A stretch of DNA of 61,070 nt, counting the filler. It is 4 parts of 4 records of this genome, joined end to end, with 100 filler letters (N's around TTAATTAATTAA, not from the genome) between each part and the next. Parts side by side here need not be neighbours in the genome. Positions count along the whole stretch, not along the records: positions 1 to 8,733 come from SRR2962707_1956; positions 8,834 to 28,746 come from SRR2962707_1961; 2 more parts are not named here. One strand, written 5' to 3'. Each line of letters starts with the position of its first letter. Position 1 is the stretch's first letter. The position numbers and the translations under genes were made by a program. Positions 1 to 11,329 of the stretch are shown here, one piece after another. The notes below the pieces were generated by a model. The model saw only the letters and a program-made list of their open reading frames with translations, made no database searches and had not been told where the DNA came from.

Positions 1-250
1 TCTCCTGAGACTCTCTCTTGAGATTCTCTCTTGAAAATACTCTCTCGAGCACACACTGCGAGACCCAAGCCCGCCACTCGAAACACCGCCATTCGACCCA
101 TCTCATTCGGTCCCGTTCCGTTGCTGCAAAATGGATGAATGAGATGGGTCGTTACTTACTATTTTTCTTTCGCTTTCGTCTTTCTGTCCTGTCCTTTCCA
201 CGCAGCATGTCGAGGTCTGCGGCGGTTCTCTTGGCGTGATTGCCCCAAAA

Positions 251-3200
251 ATGCTAGGCGAGCGCGGGGCTGGTCGCGACCAGCTCGACTTACAACCAAA
301 CGAAAATCTGTACGCCCTCTCCGACCTCACACCCGATGGTAATCTGCGTCTATGGGGTGAGAAGGAAGAACTGCAGCATTTTCCGCCGCATCCGTTCGAA
401 GGGGCGCGTGTGGGCGACCGCTACCGAATCATCAAGTACCTCGCGAAGGGGAGTTACTGCCACTGCTTCAAAGCCACGGACACGCTGGAAGATTCGGTTG
501 TGTGCTTGAAGACGTTCAAGCCGCAGCATTTCTACCAGCAGCGTGTCCAGGAGATTGCACGGCAAGACAATGTGAAGGGACTCCTTGCGTGCCGCAGCCA
601 GAAGCGCCTGCAAGACGAGCAGTGCCGCAGTGACAACCCTCTCGTGGATGTGAGATTGCACCTGCCAGTGATAGACAGTGTTTCTTTATGCACACGATTC
701 GATGTCTCTATCCCGTGTTATGAATGCTGAGACCCGGCCGCTCAGTTGAATACTCTTGAATTATGCGTCTGCAGGTGTGGCAAAAAGCGCAAAAGCACAT
801 GGTCCGAGTGGTTGATGTGACGGGAGACCATGAGCCGGTGTCCATTGTGCTGCAGAATGGACTCAGTGGGATGATTCACATCATTTGCGAGGAGTTCTGC
901 GAGTTTGGCACGCTCAGGCAATTCCGACGGGGCCGTGCTCTCGACGAAAAGGTTTGCACGAAGGCTTTGGTTTTTGCACTGTGCGCGTCCGTTGGCTAGT
1001 TTGTTGTAAAACGTTGTTTCCATTCACGCGACGGCGATCCCTGTGAAACAAAAGGTTCCCGAAGCGACGCTGTTCTTCTTTGACCAAATACTGACGGCAG
1101 TGCACGGGCTCCACAGAGTTGGATTCGCGCACCTCGACATCAAAGATAACAACGTAATGGTCACGCGAGACCCCCACGATCCAGACATCCCCTGCTTAAA
1201 ACTTGGAGATTTTGGATTCGTGAAGAGGCTTGCAAAGGATCCGCGCTGGATTCCGTTTGTTGATCCTGAGACTGGACGGCAGTCCTGGTTTCACACCAAA
1301 ACGCGCGATGTTTCGTCGGAAGATCCCAACGTTCCAGCTCATAACCCTGTGCACAGCTTTGTCGCACCCGAGTAGGTTACCGTGCCTACGAATTGTGCAC
1401 CATCTGTTCCGTGTGTGCTTGTTGTAAATCCGACTGTCGCACGCGATTGTAGATGTGACCCACGCTCCGCACTGGTGTACACATCTCACGAAAAGAAAGA
1501 TGCGTACGATTGTGGGTACATACTTGGCCTTATGCTTGGTAACCCGCCGTACCGGAAACGGCCACATGTTCAGGCATGGTGGGGGAATGACATTACTTTC
1601 CAAATGGCACCAGCTGCCGACGCTGGACTGGGCACACAGGTGCGTTTGGGAGCGGCGGCACAGCTGAAAACACTGGAGCACAAACAGCCTGCACAACTGA
1701 AAGCCTTTTTTCTTTGGCAATGCGTGCAGTTGGCCTGGCTGACGAGGTGCATGACTGAAACGGATCCACAACAACGGTGGAGCGTTCGACAAGCAATGGT
1801 GAGACCGCAAGCGTGGAACACCTCCTGTTTTGTCCAATTACCGTGTCTTTTTGTTTTTGTTTTTTTGTTTTTTTCTGTGTCTTGTGCTTTTTCAGTTTTG
1901 ATCGTGCGCTTTGATTGCACGCAGACTTACGTCCAGGACCTTGAAGACAAATATTTGGTGCCTGCCGCCAAAGGTAGCGTATTTTGGAGTTTAAAGAGTT
2001 TGTGCGAGGCGCGTCAGGAGGCACAAGCTGCCAACGAAGCAAAGGTTGAGCAAATTGCAGCAGAAGCAGCGGACCGAGAGCGAAGCATAGTTGCTGGCTC
2101 CCGCACTAGCAATGCCCAGTCGGGTGACAGTCGTCCTCAACACTCCAAGCAGTCTGGTGCAAGCGACGTCGCAAATCCCAACAGTCGGGCAAAACCGGCA
2201 AGAAGCGGCCAAGACCGGCAACACCAATCCTATCCACCGTTTGCGGCTCTGTCCCGAGATGTGCATTTGCGAACGACATCTGAACCCAAAAAAGTCGATC
2301 GCTTGCAGCGCAGAAGCAGTGGGTCCCGACCGACATACGTGGAGCAAGTGCAGCTTAGAGTCCATGTTTCAAACCCTGCGCTCATTCAACAGTACGTTGG
2401 CGGGTACTTTTTGTCAAGACCAGGCTCAACGTAGGTGCGAGCTGTGGTTTTTGAGAAGTGCAGTTTGTTTGCCGTCGCTTAGGTGGGTAGATTGTGTGGT
2501 GCAAGACGTGAACCTCTCGACTGAGTTGGCACTTCGGCGCCAGCATCGGGCAAGATTCCAACAAGCCCTGCCAGTTGAAAGAGCGATCGATTCAATGCTG
2601 AGGTCGGGATCTGCTGGCGGTGTGGTGGCCTCAAAAAAAGAGATCGGTACGAAAAGAACCGCTTCTGACATGGGACGAGGGTTACCTCAAGCAAAGAGAA
2701 CAAATAGGGCGCACAGTTCAAGTACATCAAGCGATGAGCGCCACGACAGCGTAGCAACTTTGTTGCAACAACTGATAGCAGCAGACATTCCCTGTCTTAC
2801 AGATTTTGCGTCGATTCCGGACATAGCCGCGGAAGTACAGGTTGAAGAGACAGAGATATCAAGGGTTTGTTCCGTTTTTCTTTTTTGCGACAAGCATGCG
2901 TTTTGCCAGTTGCTGCGTTTCCTGTCGTCAATGTCCGATGGTGTGACTGTTTCAAAAGCAACAAACGACGGATATTCTGCGACCAACCTCCCGCCACACG
3001 GAAACTGGCATGGCCCAGACAACAATGTACGGTGGTGCTTGCTGTTGTGTGGGTCCGTGCGATGCATGATAACACTTTCACGCTGTGTGGCATTCTTGTG
3101 GGTGCAGATGGGGTTACTCTGCTGGGCCAGACGTGAAGTTTCAAGTAGAGCTTCTTCAAAGTGGAGCACACCAGTCTCTTGTTGACTCAGGTCGTAGCAT

Positions 3201-6200
3201 GGGCACCTGCGCAACCTGTCATTCCGCAACTCCGACTGAGAGCGGTTCGTATGACACGTTAGTGGTACGCCTTGTTCAAGGATCAGAGCTGGAAAGAGCA
3301 CAGCGTCAGCTTCAGAACCTGGGCATACACCTCCGAACCGCTTTTGGCATCGAGTTTGACCAAATATTGAAAACGGCCGCTTTTTCACTGATGAAGTGCG
3401 TTGTTAAGTCGACCGCACCAACAGCATTGCAAGAAGAATGCACTGCATTGAATGATGCACAACCTGCCTACTTTTTCCGACAGGTACCTGCGAATGATGG
3501 CTTTGTCACAATGGGGACAGCTCCAGCGGGGTGGTGGACTTCGTGCTGTCAACCAGTCGGTGCTTCAGTTTGTTGTGTGGGCTTGGGAATGCAAAGCTGA
3601 AGGGACATTGCAACGGTGCGGGCAAACGGTCTTGCATCAATGCGCGTCTTTGCTTTTTTGTTTGCGGTATAAGCGCCGCGAAAATTAATGTCGTTGCACC
3701 GTTGGTTTCACATGTCCTGGCCAGACTTCTATTTTCTGAAAATGTGCTTTCTCAGCTAGGGGTTGTATTGCAAACGTTTGAAGCGTTTGATGCGCGCTCA
3801 CCAACTGGCAGTGCTCAAACCATGCCGTCATCCGCTGCTTGCTCAGCATCAAGCGCGGCGGCGCAGCAATCGGGCGTGAGTGCGCGTGGATGCGTTTTCT
3901 ACATGAGCAACGATGACCAAGCGCAAGTTCATAAATTGGTCACCCGAGAGCTTGGCGTCGTGAAGACCCCAAAAAGTGTGCAGGCCTCCATAGATGCTAT
4001 ATCACGGTCACCGCCGAAAGGGCGTGTTGAGGTACGTTGAATCGTTTGACAAGACTGCTCAAATCCACAGCCTCAAAGAGACTTTTCATTTTTTCCTCTC
4101 ATCCCCAATCATGATGTTTGTAACTAGAGTGGGCCTGCACAAGCGCTTTTACATCGCTTGTTCGACGACGTTTCCAACACTCCCGCGACGACAAATATCG
4201 ACGAGTTGTACCAGAGGCTGCTCTTTCGCACAATGCCTCCACGGAATACGCGAACGCACATGGTAACGCTTCACAACGAGTTGTCCGCTCTCATTGACTG
4301 CATCAACACACAGGCTGGTGTGACGGCATCGCCCGGAGAAAAGCTTTTTTCTCGGCCTATCCCAAACGATCCACGCGCCCAGGCGTCGAGAGTGTTTGCC
4401 AGCGTTCCTAGCACACAAGTGAAGAGTTTACTTCTCAATGCTAGCGTAGATTTGAGCGCGCTTCCAGTGTGCGCCTGGGCCCCTGACGTCGGAGACGTGC
4501 GGCATGCACAGCTCGCCGGGATGGATCCTCAACGATTTGCCACACTCAAACCTGCCAATTGCGCAGGTGCAATTATCCGTGATATGTTCATCCAAGCACT
4601 GCTGCCTCTGTCTGCCCCTGCACGTGCCCAGAAGTTCTGGACGCATTTACGAGTTCCTTCGTCACAACGTTCGGTAGTTGCATCCACATCTAGTGTGGGA
4701 TCAAGTGCTGCTCCTTCGCACGTTGAACCGAGATTGACACGAGGTGAAACACCTGATACCGCGTCGTATAAGGACCACGGTGACGACACAATTACTCGTC
4801 GTCAAGCGTGGCCTGGCTACATCCGCCGCTGCGTCAGCAAAACGTACCCTGTTCGGCTTCAAGGCACCACTAAGAACCAGCGAATGCACGCACGAAACCG
4901 GTTGGTTTGGGTGTACATAGAAGTGCGTGCCTTCCACATGGCGCTTCGTGCCATCGGTGCACCATTGCCAGGAATGCCAGTCCCGCCAGGTGCGTTGGCA
5001 ATCAAAGGACACGAGCATGGCACACTCGGTAGTTATATGTTCCTTTCAAGCGCGGATAAACTCCTTGTGTGCTTGCCGGTGGTGTTGTGCTTTCAGTTTT
5101 GGAGGCGTCGGAGATATCAATTAGCAATTCAAGAACAATTTTGCGACAGAGCGTTAAGCTCCTAAAAGGAGTTGGAGTTGCCGATACAGGTGCCTTACCC
5201 TGCGATGGTCAATCCAGTGCAGAATCTTGCGCTTCGAAGCAGTGCATCGCCGCGATTCGCGACCTCAAGCAACACGTGGACTTGCAGATTAAAATGAGGC
5301 GTGTAGAACTTGAATCTTTTTGTACTTTGAAAACAGGACGTGTTTTCTTATTTTTGAAATTTGACTTGTTCGAAGGTATCTTTCCAAGTGGGGTCAAATT
5401 CTTGATGACATTTTGTTTATTGAGCAGCGTGAAGCTGGCAGACTGCTGACAGAAGTTGGCGAAACGGCCGCTTGTGGAGCTCACACAGAGGATGTGGGCG
5501 CATATGTAAGGGCTTGTACTGAGCTTGCCATTACAATGTGCTTCAAAATCCAATACGATTGCAAGAAGTTTGGAAAGCCAAGTGAGCGATACGTAACACG
5601 CACTGGCCACAGCTCAGAAGCATCACGCAATATTGCCACCAACCAACGCCCGCGTGTTGGGGATTGTGTAGTTCTGACACAAAAACGGGCCTGGGCTTCC
5701 GTGGGCACTCTCGCCAAGGTTCATGCCGACGACGGAAGTTCAGTGCCGTACAAGATTTTGGTGAAATCTGAAACAGGTGGAAAAAGCTTTTTCCATTGGG
5801 TGAAAGCCGAAGCTGTGGATCTTGCTGCCCCGAGCACCGTAATCATCGATTCTCACAAACCAAGCACGTTGATTGACAACGAACAGAAGGGCTCTTCAGC
5901 ACATCCACGCATTCCTGCTCACAATGCTCCTCGCGGTCATGACCAAACATCTGCACTAACACGGGTGAAACTACTGAAGCTTCAAATATCCGAACATTTA
6001 TCTGAGGCTTTGGAAAGATCTAATGGTATGCATCATGCAAGGTTGTTCTCGAACTGTGCCGCCCACAAAGTGTTTGACCTGCCTCACAATTTGCGTTCTT
6101 GACAGTTGCGAACGTCTTGGCAAAAAGGCACTCTTTACTTGAGGCAAGTCTTCTTGGTAAAGCATTTTTGTATCTGAGAACGTTGACAATGCCATGACAA

Positions 6201-7111
6201 TGTCTTTGGTGAATTGCGCAGAAAATGATCAAAGACTGTACAGAACTTGTGGAGCCGTCGAAAGCTGTCGTGAAGTGCAAGATCGCAGAGCGAAAGGTTT
6301 GTGTCGCACGAAAGGGTGAATTGAAAGTGATATGATTCTCATCGTTGCATCCATCAGCTTATACCTGCGCTGCGATTGAAGGCGGAAGCATGGAAAGCTG
6401 AACTAGCATTGAGCAAGAAAGCGACGGTGGTAAAGATAGACTTCGTTGCTTGCGCTATTGCTGAATAGTTTTGGAAGATGTAGGCGCAAGCAATCACGAA
6501 TCTATGATTCTTTTGTATGTGCCCGCTGTTGACCAGGTGGGAGAGTTTAACCCCAAAGTGTGCAGTCTTAGTAGTAAGCTTGCCCGTCTGTACTTGCAGC
6601 TCTCGAACGCTAAACGTAGAGTGGGGAGCCGAATGAATGCATTGGATGAGGTGAGATGCTCATTCCAGACCTCGCACCGTGCTTTTAACAAGTCGTGTGT
6701 TGTTTGCGTTTTCACATATATATGTCTTTCGTATCTTAGGCCAAGAAACATCTTTATACGGCCCTTGCACACAAGCTTGAACACCTGACGATCAAGCATC
6801 CTTCAACGGCGGACACAATCACAGAGCTGGCAAATTGGTACATTCGCACCACGATCTGGTACAACGGGTGTTCGCTTTGCTCGTTTTCTTACACTTTTCT
6901 TTATGTCGGCGGGGTCTTCACCAGGTATCGGCGTGCCAAATCAGAGGCCATGGTATCAGACCCCATCCATGAGCGCACGTTGTTCATGGAAGCGCTCAAT
7001 GTTTACGAGGCAGCATCACGAAAAGAGCGCGGTATCGCTCCCGCAAAACTCGATGCGGCCTTAGAAAGTTTGAAAACCAGTTGTGATTTGCAACTTGACA
7101 AACCGCCGTAA
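251..7111 (+). CDS. Multi-exon eukaryotic Ser/Thr protein kinase (non-RD) with long C-terminal extension ending in TPR-like repeats; possibly two genes
   Basis: Kinase motifs fall in order across GT-AG introns (650-774, 952-1054, 1372-1452, 1799-1924): RYRIIKYLAKGSY, VCLK, HLDIKDNN, DFG, APE, DAYDCGYILGLM, DPQQRWS. Later introns (2392-2482, 3396-3483, 5029-5096, 6026-6105, 6144-6221, 6430-6536, 6651-6739, 6838-6924) keep frame to TAA at 7109-7111. The join across about 2835-3190 is ambiguous. Confidence 0.7.
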
Positions 7112-7205
7112 ACTCCTTCATTGTTCTGCAAAACAAACACCCCATGCACCGAATAACTTCAAAAATATAAATACGAAATGCGTTTCGATAACGGATCTTG
7201 ACAGT

Positions 7206-8591
7206 TCACATTTTGGTTGTGACGTAGTTTTGCAAAGATGAAATGTCCTCGCGTAGTTGTGTGAGCGTCGCACTTAATTTGGAGACCTGCGCACAGAGAC
7301 AGCCGATTAAGTGCTCGTTGGCAGATGGAAAAGTCGCCGTGCCAGTCAAACAACACACCACCCGCACCTCGTCTGTAGCTAGCTCGTATTTTTCACGATT
7401 CCGGGCCGTAGTTTCCTTCAGTCGGTCATATCGGGTACGGTTCTCACGCAAGCTACGTCATAACACGTGGAAGGCCCGGCAAGCGGTTGAAGGTCAGTCA
7501 TTTTTTCGCCCACGCATCAAGAGCAACAAAATGAACGACTCGCAAAAGCCCACACAATTGCATCTGGCCGCACCTTCGCTCTGCTTCTGTCAGTTTCTTT
7601 TGAACCGCACGCTCATTCAATTGAGTTTGCTGGTTTTGTCGCCGAGTTGCAGCGTCTTCGTGGAGAAGCTGGCTGTAGTTGGCACGGACCTCCCTGCGCA
7701 ACGAATCCAGCAAACGGCTCAGATCAACGGCCAGCATTGCCAGACTAGGCAACGTCCAACGTCAAAAGGCGAGCGCATTGTGCAACGCACCGAAGTTGCC
7801 GAAGCATCTCCTGCTCGCGGTCTTTCTCTTCCTCCAGCCGCAACTTCACTTTTGCAAACCCAACTTTGTACTTTTGCTCTGTCTCGACAGCTTTCTTCTC
7901 GCGCAGGAGCTGCTTTTCCAAGTTCAGCTTGCTGCGCCTAATTTTCTGTTCCAATTCTTTGCACTCCGCGTCACCATCGCGAAGCGCGAGACGAATGCGC
8001 TGGATCCTTGACAAGAACCTCTGCGAGTCACGCACGACCAAACCCCGAAAGAAAAAAAAAAAGAAAAAAAATGTAGCATGGTCAAACGCCGACGCGAACA
8101 ACCACAAACACGCACAAGACGAACTCAGGCAAGGCGTACCGCGATTGTTGTCTCTCCCGTGCGGTCCATTGTGCAGAGAGAGCTCCTCAGCTCTCACGCA
8201 CTGCCCTCAAAACGCTTGCAGGAATCTTCTGTTGCACCGGTTATAAACGAACAAGACCAAAAAATAAATATAGAAAAGACCCGCCAAAAAAGAAAAGAAA
8301 AAAAAGAAAAAGACAAAGTACTTAAAAGGCACCCACACACACACCCACGCGCGCAGCAATTCAATCCACTCGTTGAGTTTGCCAATCCAATCTGATCCCC
8401 TCACTGCAAGTCGCTGCTTCTGCTCGCTGCCGCACTTTTCTTGCACCACCACACTCTCTTTGCAAAGTGCTGGACAACTTCACTTCGTATGGTTCATTCA
8501 AATCACGATGTCACCCTTTCACTCTGCCAAATGCGTGTCGTACCTGAAACAAGCTCTCGAAAGTACGCCACACTTGCGCGTCGTCGAAACA
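7206..8591 (-). CDS. Multi-exon eukaryotic coiled-coil protein, 5' end unresolved
   Basis: E/K/R/Q/L-rich segments in different frames (ECKELEQKIRRSKLNLEKQLLREKK, LTQLREDISSLQNYVTTKM*) separated by T-rich GT-AG intron-like stretches. Confidence 0.6.
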
Positions 8592-8635
8592 CTTGCACAC
8601 ACAAAAGAAGCCCGAACGAACGCAGGCAGTGAAAC

Positions 8636-8733
8636 ACATACATACATACATACATAAGTGAAAGAGCGACGCGAAACAAAGCGCCCAACGGTTGTGAGGG
8701 TGACGTCGTGAGTGAGTGAGTGAGTGAGTGAGT
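8636..8733. repeat. Microsatellites (ACAT)n and (GAGT)n at contig end
   Basis: Tandem 4-mers read directly; the contig breaks inside the GAGT array. Confidence 0.9.
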
Positions 8734-8833
8734 NNNNNNNNNNNNNNNNNNNNNNNNNNNNNNNNNNNNNNNNNNNNTTAATTAATTAANNNNNNNNNNN
8801 NNNNNNNNNNNNNNNNNNNNNNNNNNNNNNNNN
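8734..8833. other. Artificial contig linker
   Basis: 44 N + TTAATTAATTAA (stops in all six frames) + 44 N. Confidence 0.99.
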
Positions 8834-8871
8834 GATTCGTGGTCAATTTCTTTTTTGAATCAACTAGTTAG

Positions 8872-9489
8872 TTATTTTCCTTGATACAACATATTGTGTA
8901 CGGGCTTGAACAAACGTCTATGGTGTGGGGTTACCCCAAGATTTCGAAGCGCCTCTATGTGTCTTTTTGACCCGTATCCCATGTTGGTTTCCCATCCATA
9001 GCCCGGGTGCTGTTGCGCCAATGACAACATGACATGATCCCGACATATTTTCGCCATGATTGACGCCGCCGAAATCGATTGAGACCGCGCATCCCCTTTG
9101 ATGATGGTCTGCGCTTTGATCTTCAGATCGCGCGGCAGCATATTGCCATCGACCAGCGCAAAGTCAGCGGGCTGTTTCAGCCCGTCCAACGCACGCACCA
9201 TCGCAAGATGGCTGGCCCGTAGAATATTCAGCTCTTCTATTTCCGCGACCGATGCATGGGCAATGCTCACATCAGCGACTTGCATGATCTCCTCATACAA
9301 ACGCTCCCGCGCCTTTTTGCTCAGCTTCTTTGAATCGTTCAATCCATCGGGGATACGGGACGGGTCCAATACAACAGCTGCCGCGGTCACGGGCCCGGCC
9401 AATGGCCCGCGGCCAACTTCGTCTACTCCTGCAACGCGCATATATCCGCGCGTATAGGCGTCACTCTCGAATTCAAAATCTGGTCCCAT
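8872..9489 (-). CDS. rnhB: Ribonuclease HII
   Basis: AGVDEVGRGPLAGPV, DSKKL, DGN, SIMAK motifs. Confidence 0.96.
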   Translation of the reverse strand: MGPDFEFESDAYTRGYMRVAGVDEVGRGPLAGPVTAAAVVLDPSRIPDGLNDSKKLSKKARERLYEEIMQVADVSIAHASVAEIEELNILRASHLAMVRALDGLKQPADFALVDGNMLPRDLKIKAQTIIKGDARSQSISAASIMAKICRDHVMLSLAQQHPGYGWETNMGYGSKRHIEALRNLGVTPHHRRLFKPVHNMLYQGK

Positions 9490-9592
9490 CCCGCCCTGAA
9501 ACCCCAGACGTCACCGATTCTCAACCCCTAGGTCTTCTCTGGCTCAACAATATCCTCGCCGAAGGCGCACATCCGCGCCACGCAGTAACATT

Positions 9593-9625
9593 AAAAAGGG
9601 AGAAGTGCCCGAACACCTCTCCCTT
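9593..9625 (-). terminator. Intrinsic terminator of 9666-10172
   Basis: Minus strand AAGGGAGAGGTG-ttcgg-GCACTTCTCCCTTTTT hairpin plus U-tract. Confidence 0.75.
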
Positions 9626-9665
9626 CAATCCGGATGAACTCAAGGTTCCCCGGCTTTAGCGCGGA

Positions 9666-10172
9666 TTATCCCCGCGCCAAACTGTATCCAGCACCGCGCA
9701 GACACCGGGCATCATAGCCACTGCGGGTTCCTTGGAACGTTCTGATCGTCTGCGCACAATGCTGCGGCAACCGGTTTGCATGACGGAAATTCTTCTGCAG
9801 ACAGCGGCTGCCAAACATCACCACCTGACCGCGGCGGGTGTCATAGCTTCGAAAACAGCTTTGCGGCAAAAGTTTGCTGTCTTGCCGCTGGTGATGTTTC
9901 TGCTCGCGGTACTTCTGCGGCAACGGTCGTGGTTGTACCCTATCGCGCGTTACGACGTGGCCCCGATTTACGTGACCTTGATTGGCATGCTCACGATTTT
10001 GACGGTCTTTGTTATTGTCGTGAATAATCTTGCCGACAATTGCCACGCCCAACACGCCCGCCGCTATTCGCGCCAAATCACGGTTGCGATCCCCCGCCGC
10101 GGCTGATGTCGCACTTAAACCGGTGATCGCGATTGAAAGCGCGGCGATGGTTGCAATAAATTTATGGTACAT
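9666..10172 (-). CDS. Exported hypothetical protein
   Basis: Signal peptide, hydrophobic AAGVLGVAIVG segment, C-terminal domain with four Cys (LPQSC...CL...C...CL). Confidence 0.8.
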   Translation of the reverse strand: MYHKFIATIAALSIAITGLSATSAAAGDRNRDLARIAAGVLGVAIVGKIIHDNNKDRQNREHANQGHVNRGHVVTRDRVQPRPLPQKYREQKHHQRQDSKLLPQSCFRSYDTRRGQVVMFGSRCLQKNFRHANRLPQHCAQTIRTFQGTRSGYDARCLRGAGYSLARG

Positions 10173-10273
10173 GGTCTGATCCTTTCAAGACGGGCACGGG
10201 TCCAGACCCATGCAAAGCCAAAACTGTTTTCGGCCTCTGGGATCAAATTGGGCTCTCCCCCATCAGACAGGCA

Positions 10274-10291
10274 ATAACAGCCCGGTGTTAT
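10274..10291. promoter_or_regulatory. Palindrome ATAACA-N6-TGTTAT in divergent intergenic region
   Basis: Perfect 6-bp inverted repeat between divergent genes; function inferred. Confidence 0.4.
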
Positions 10292-10358
10292 CGGATATCA
10301 ACGCGACCAGCCCCGATGGATATTGAATACCCAAGCATAAAAGCGCACAGTTTCAGGC

Positions 10359-10652
10359 ATGAAACACACGCTATATACCTTGGTGATAACCGCCGCTCTT
10401 AGCTTGGCCGCTTTGCCGGTCCAGGCTGCCGGATGCTATGCGGATTATAAGGCGAAACAGGAAAACCCGCTGCGGCTCCACTACGGCGTCGCGCAAATCA
10501 CGGGGGAGTGCAGCATAAACTCTGCCCACGCCCAACTGTCGCAACGCCTCGCGGCCAACGGCTGGACATTGCTCAACATCGTCTCGGTGTTTGGCGACGA
10601 TGGACTTACCCAAAGGAAAGACAGTGCCGGACCAAACTTCCTCCGCTTCTGA
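10359..10652 (+). CDS. Small exported hypothetical protein
   Basis: Signal peptide ending VQA, two Cys, CYADYKAK motif. Confidence 0.8.
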   Translation: MKHTLYTLVITAALSLAALPVQAAGCYADYKAKQENPLRLHYGVAQITGECSINSAHAQLSQRLAANGWTLLNIVSVFGDDGLTQRKDSAGPNFLRF

Positions 10653-11328
10653 GATGCGCCGCGCCGGTGGCCGGTTTGTCGGCGGTGGAATTGCCGCCGT
10701 TACGCTGATTTTGCTGATCGGTGCAGGGCTGCTGCTCTGGGCCCTGCCCGATGCCAATGCGTTTAATGCGCAGGTCGAACGCATCTTTGTCGAAAACGAT
10801 GACCTGACAACCCAAGCCGAAATCAAGTTGCTCGAAATCCTCGCGCAATCCGGCACCGCATTTTCCGAGACACTTGCCAGCTACCGCATTGTCATCATCG
10901 TCTTGCTTGTGTTCGCCACAGCAATGCTCATCGCCGCCCTCGTTTTTCTGATCATGCTCGTCGGCTTTAACCGCCGCATGGCGCAAATCGAACGCGTCGG
11001 CATTCAGGTAAACTCCCTGCTCATCAGCCGCGAGGAAAACACCGTCTATCTCAACAACCTTGGCTTCAAGCTGACAGCCGCCGCGATGGAAACCATGTCC
11101 GTCCTTGCCGAAGCGCGCATGGACGATGACGTTCTGTCAGGGTCAGAAATCGAAGGCGTCATCTCAGGCCGCAACGCTTCAGACTGTGACGAAGCAGCAG
11201 GTGCCACGCGGATCAAGCGGTTGCGCGACACACTTGGCAATCAGATTGTATCGGAACTGCTGGTTAAAAACATCGCCCGCCGGGGCTATATGCTGGCCAT
11301 CGACAAGGACGTGATCAAGGTTCTCTGA
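10600..11328 (+). CDS. Membrane-anchored transcriptional regulator with C-terminal OmpR-like winged helix
   Basis: Two hydrophobic helices around a short loop, then IKRLRDTLG...VKNIARRGYML wing motif; start uncertain (10600 or 10654). Confidence 0.78.
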   Translation: MDLPKGKTVPDQTSSASEMRRAGGRFVGGGIAAVTLILLIGAGLLLWALPDANAFNAQVERIFVENDDLTTQAEIKLLEILAQSGTAFSETLASYRIVIIVLLVFATAMLIAALVFLIMLVGFNRRMAQIERVGIQVNSLLISREENTVYLNNLGFKLTAAAMETMSVLAEARMDDDVLSGSEIEGVISGRNASDCDEAAGATRIKRLRDTLGNQIVSELLVKNIARRGYMLAIDKDVIKVL

Positions 11329-11329
11329 C

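Noticed and set aside
8709-8733. Telomere array
   Set aside because: (GAGT)n is not a recognised telomere repeat, and similar ACTC runs occur internally in contig 3
8734-8833. TTAATTAATTAA palindrome as a recombination or regulatory site
   Set aside because: Identical in all three N-gaps; a standard six-frame-stop concatenation linker
8600-9000. Bacterium-to-eukaryote gene transfer junction
   Set aside because: Eukaryotic and bacterial DNA are joined only through an artificial linker
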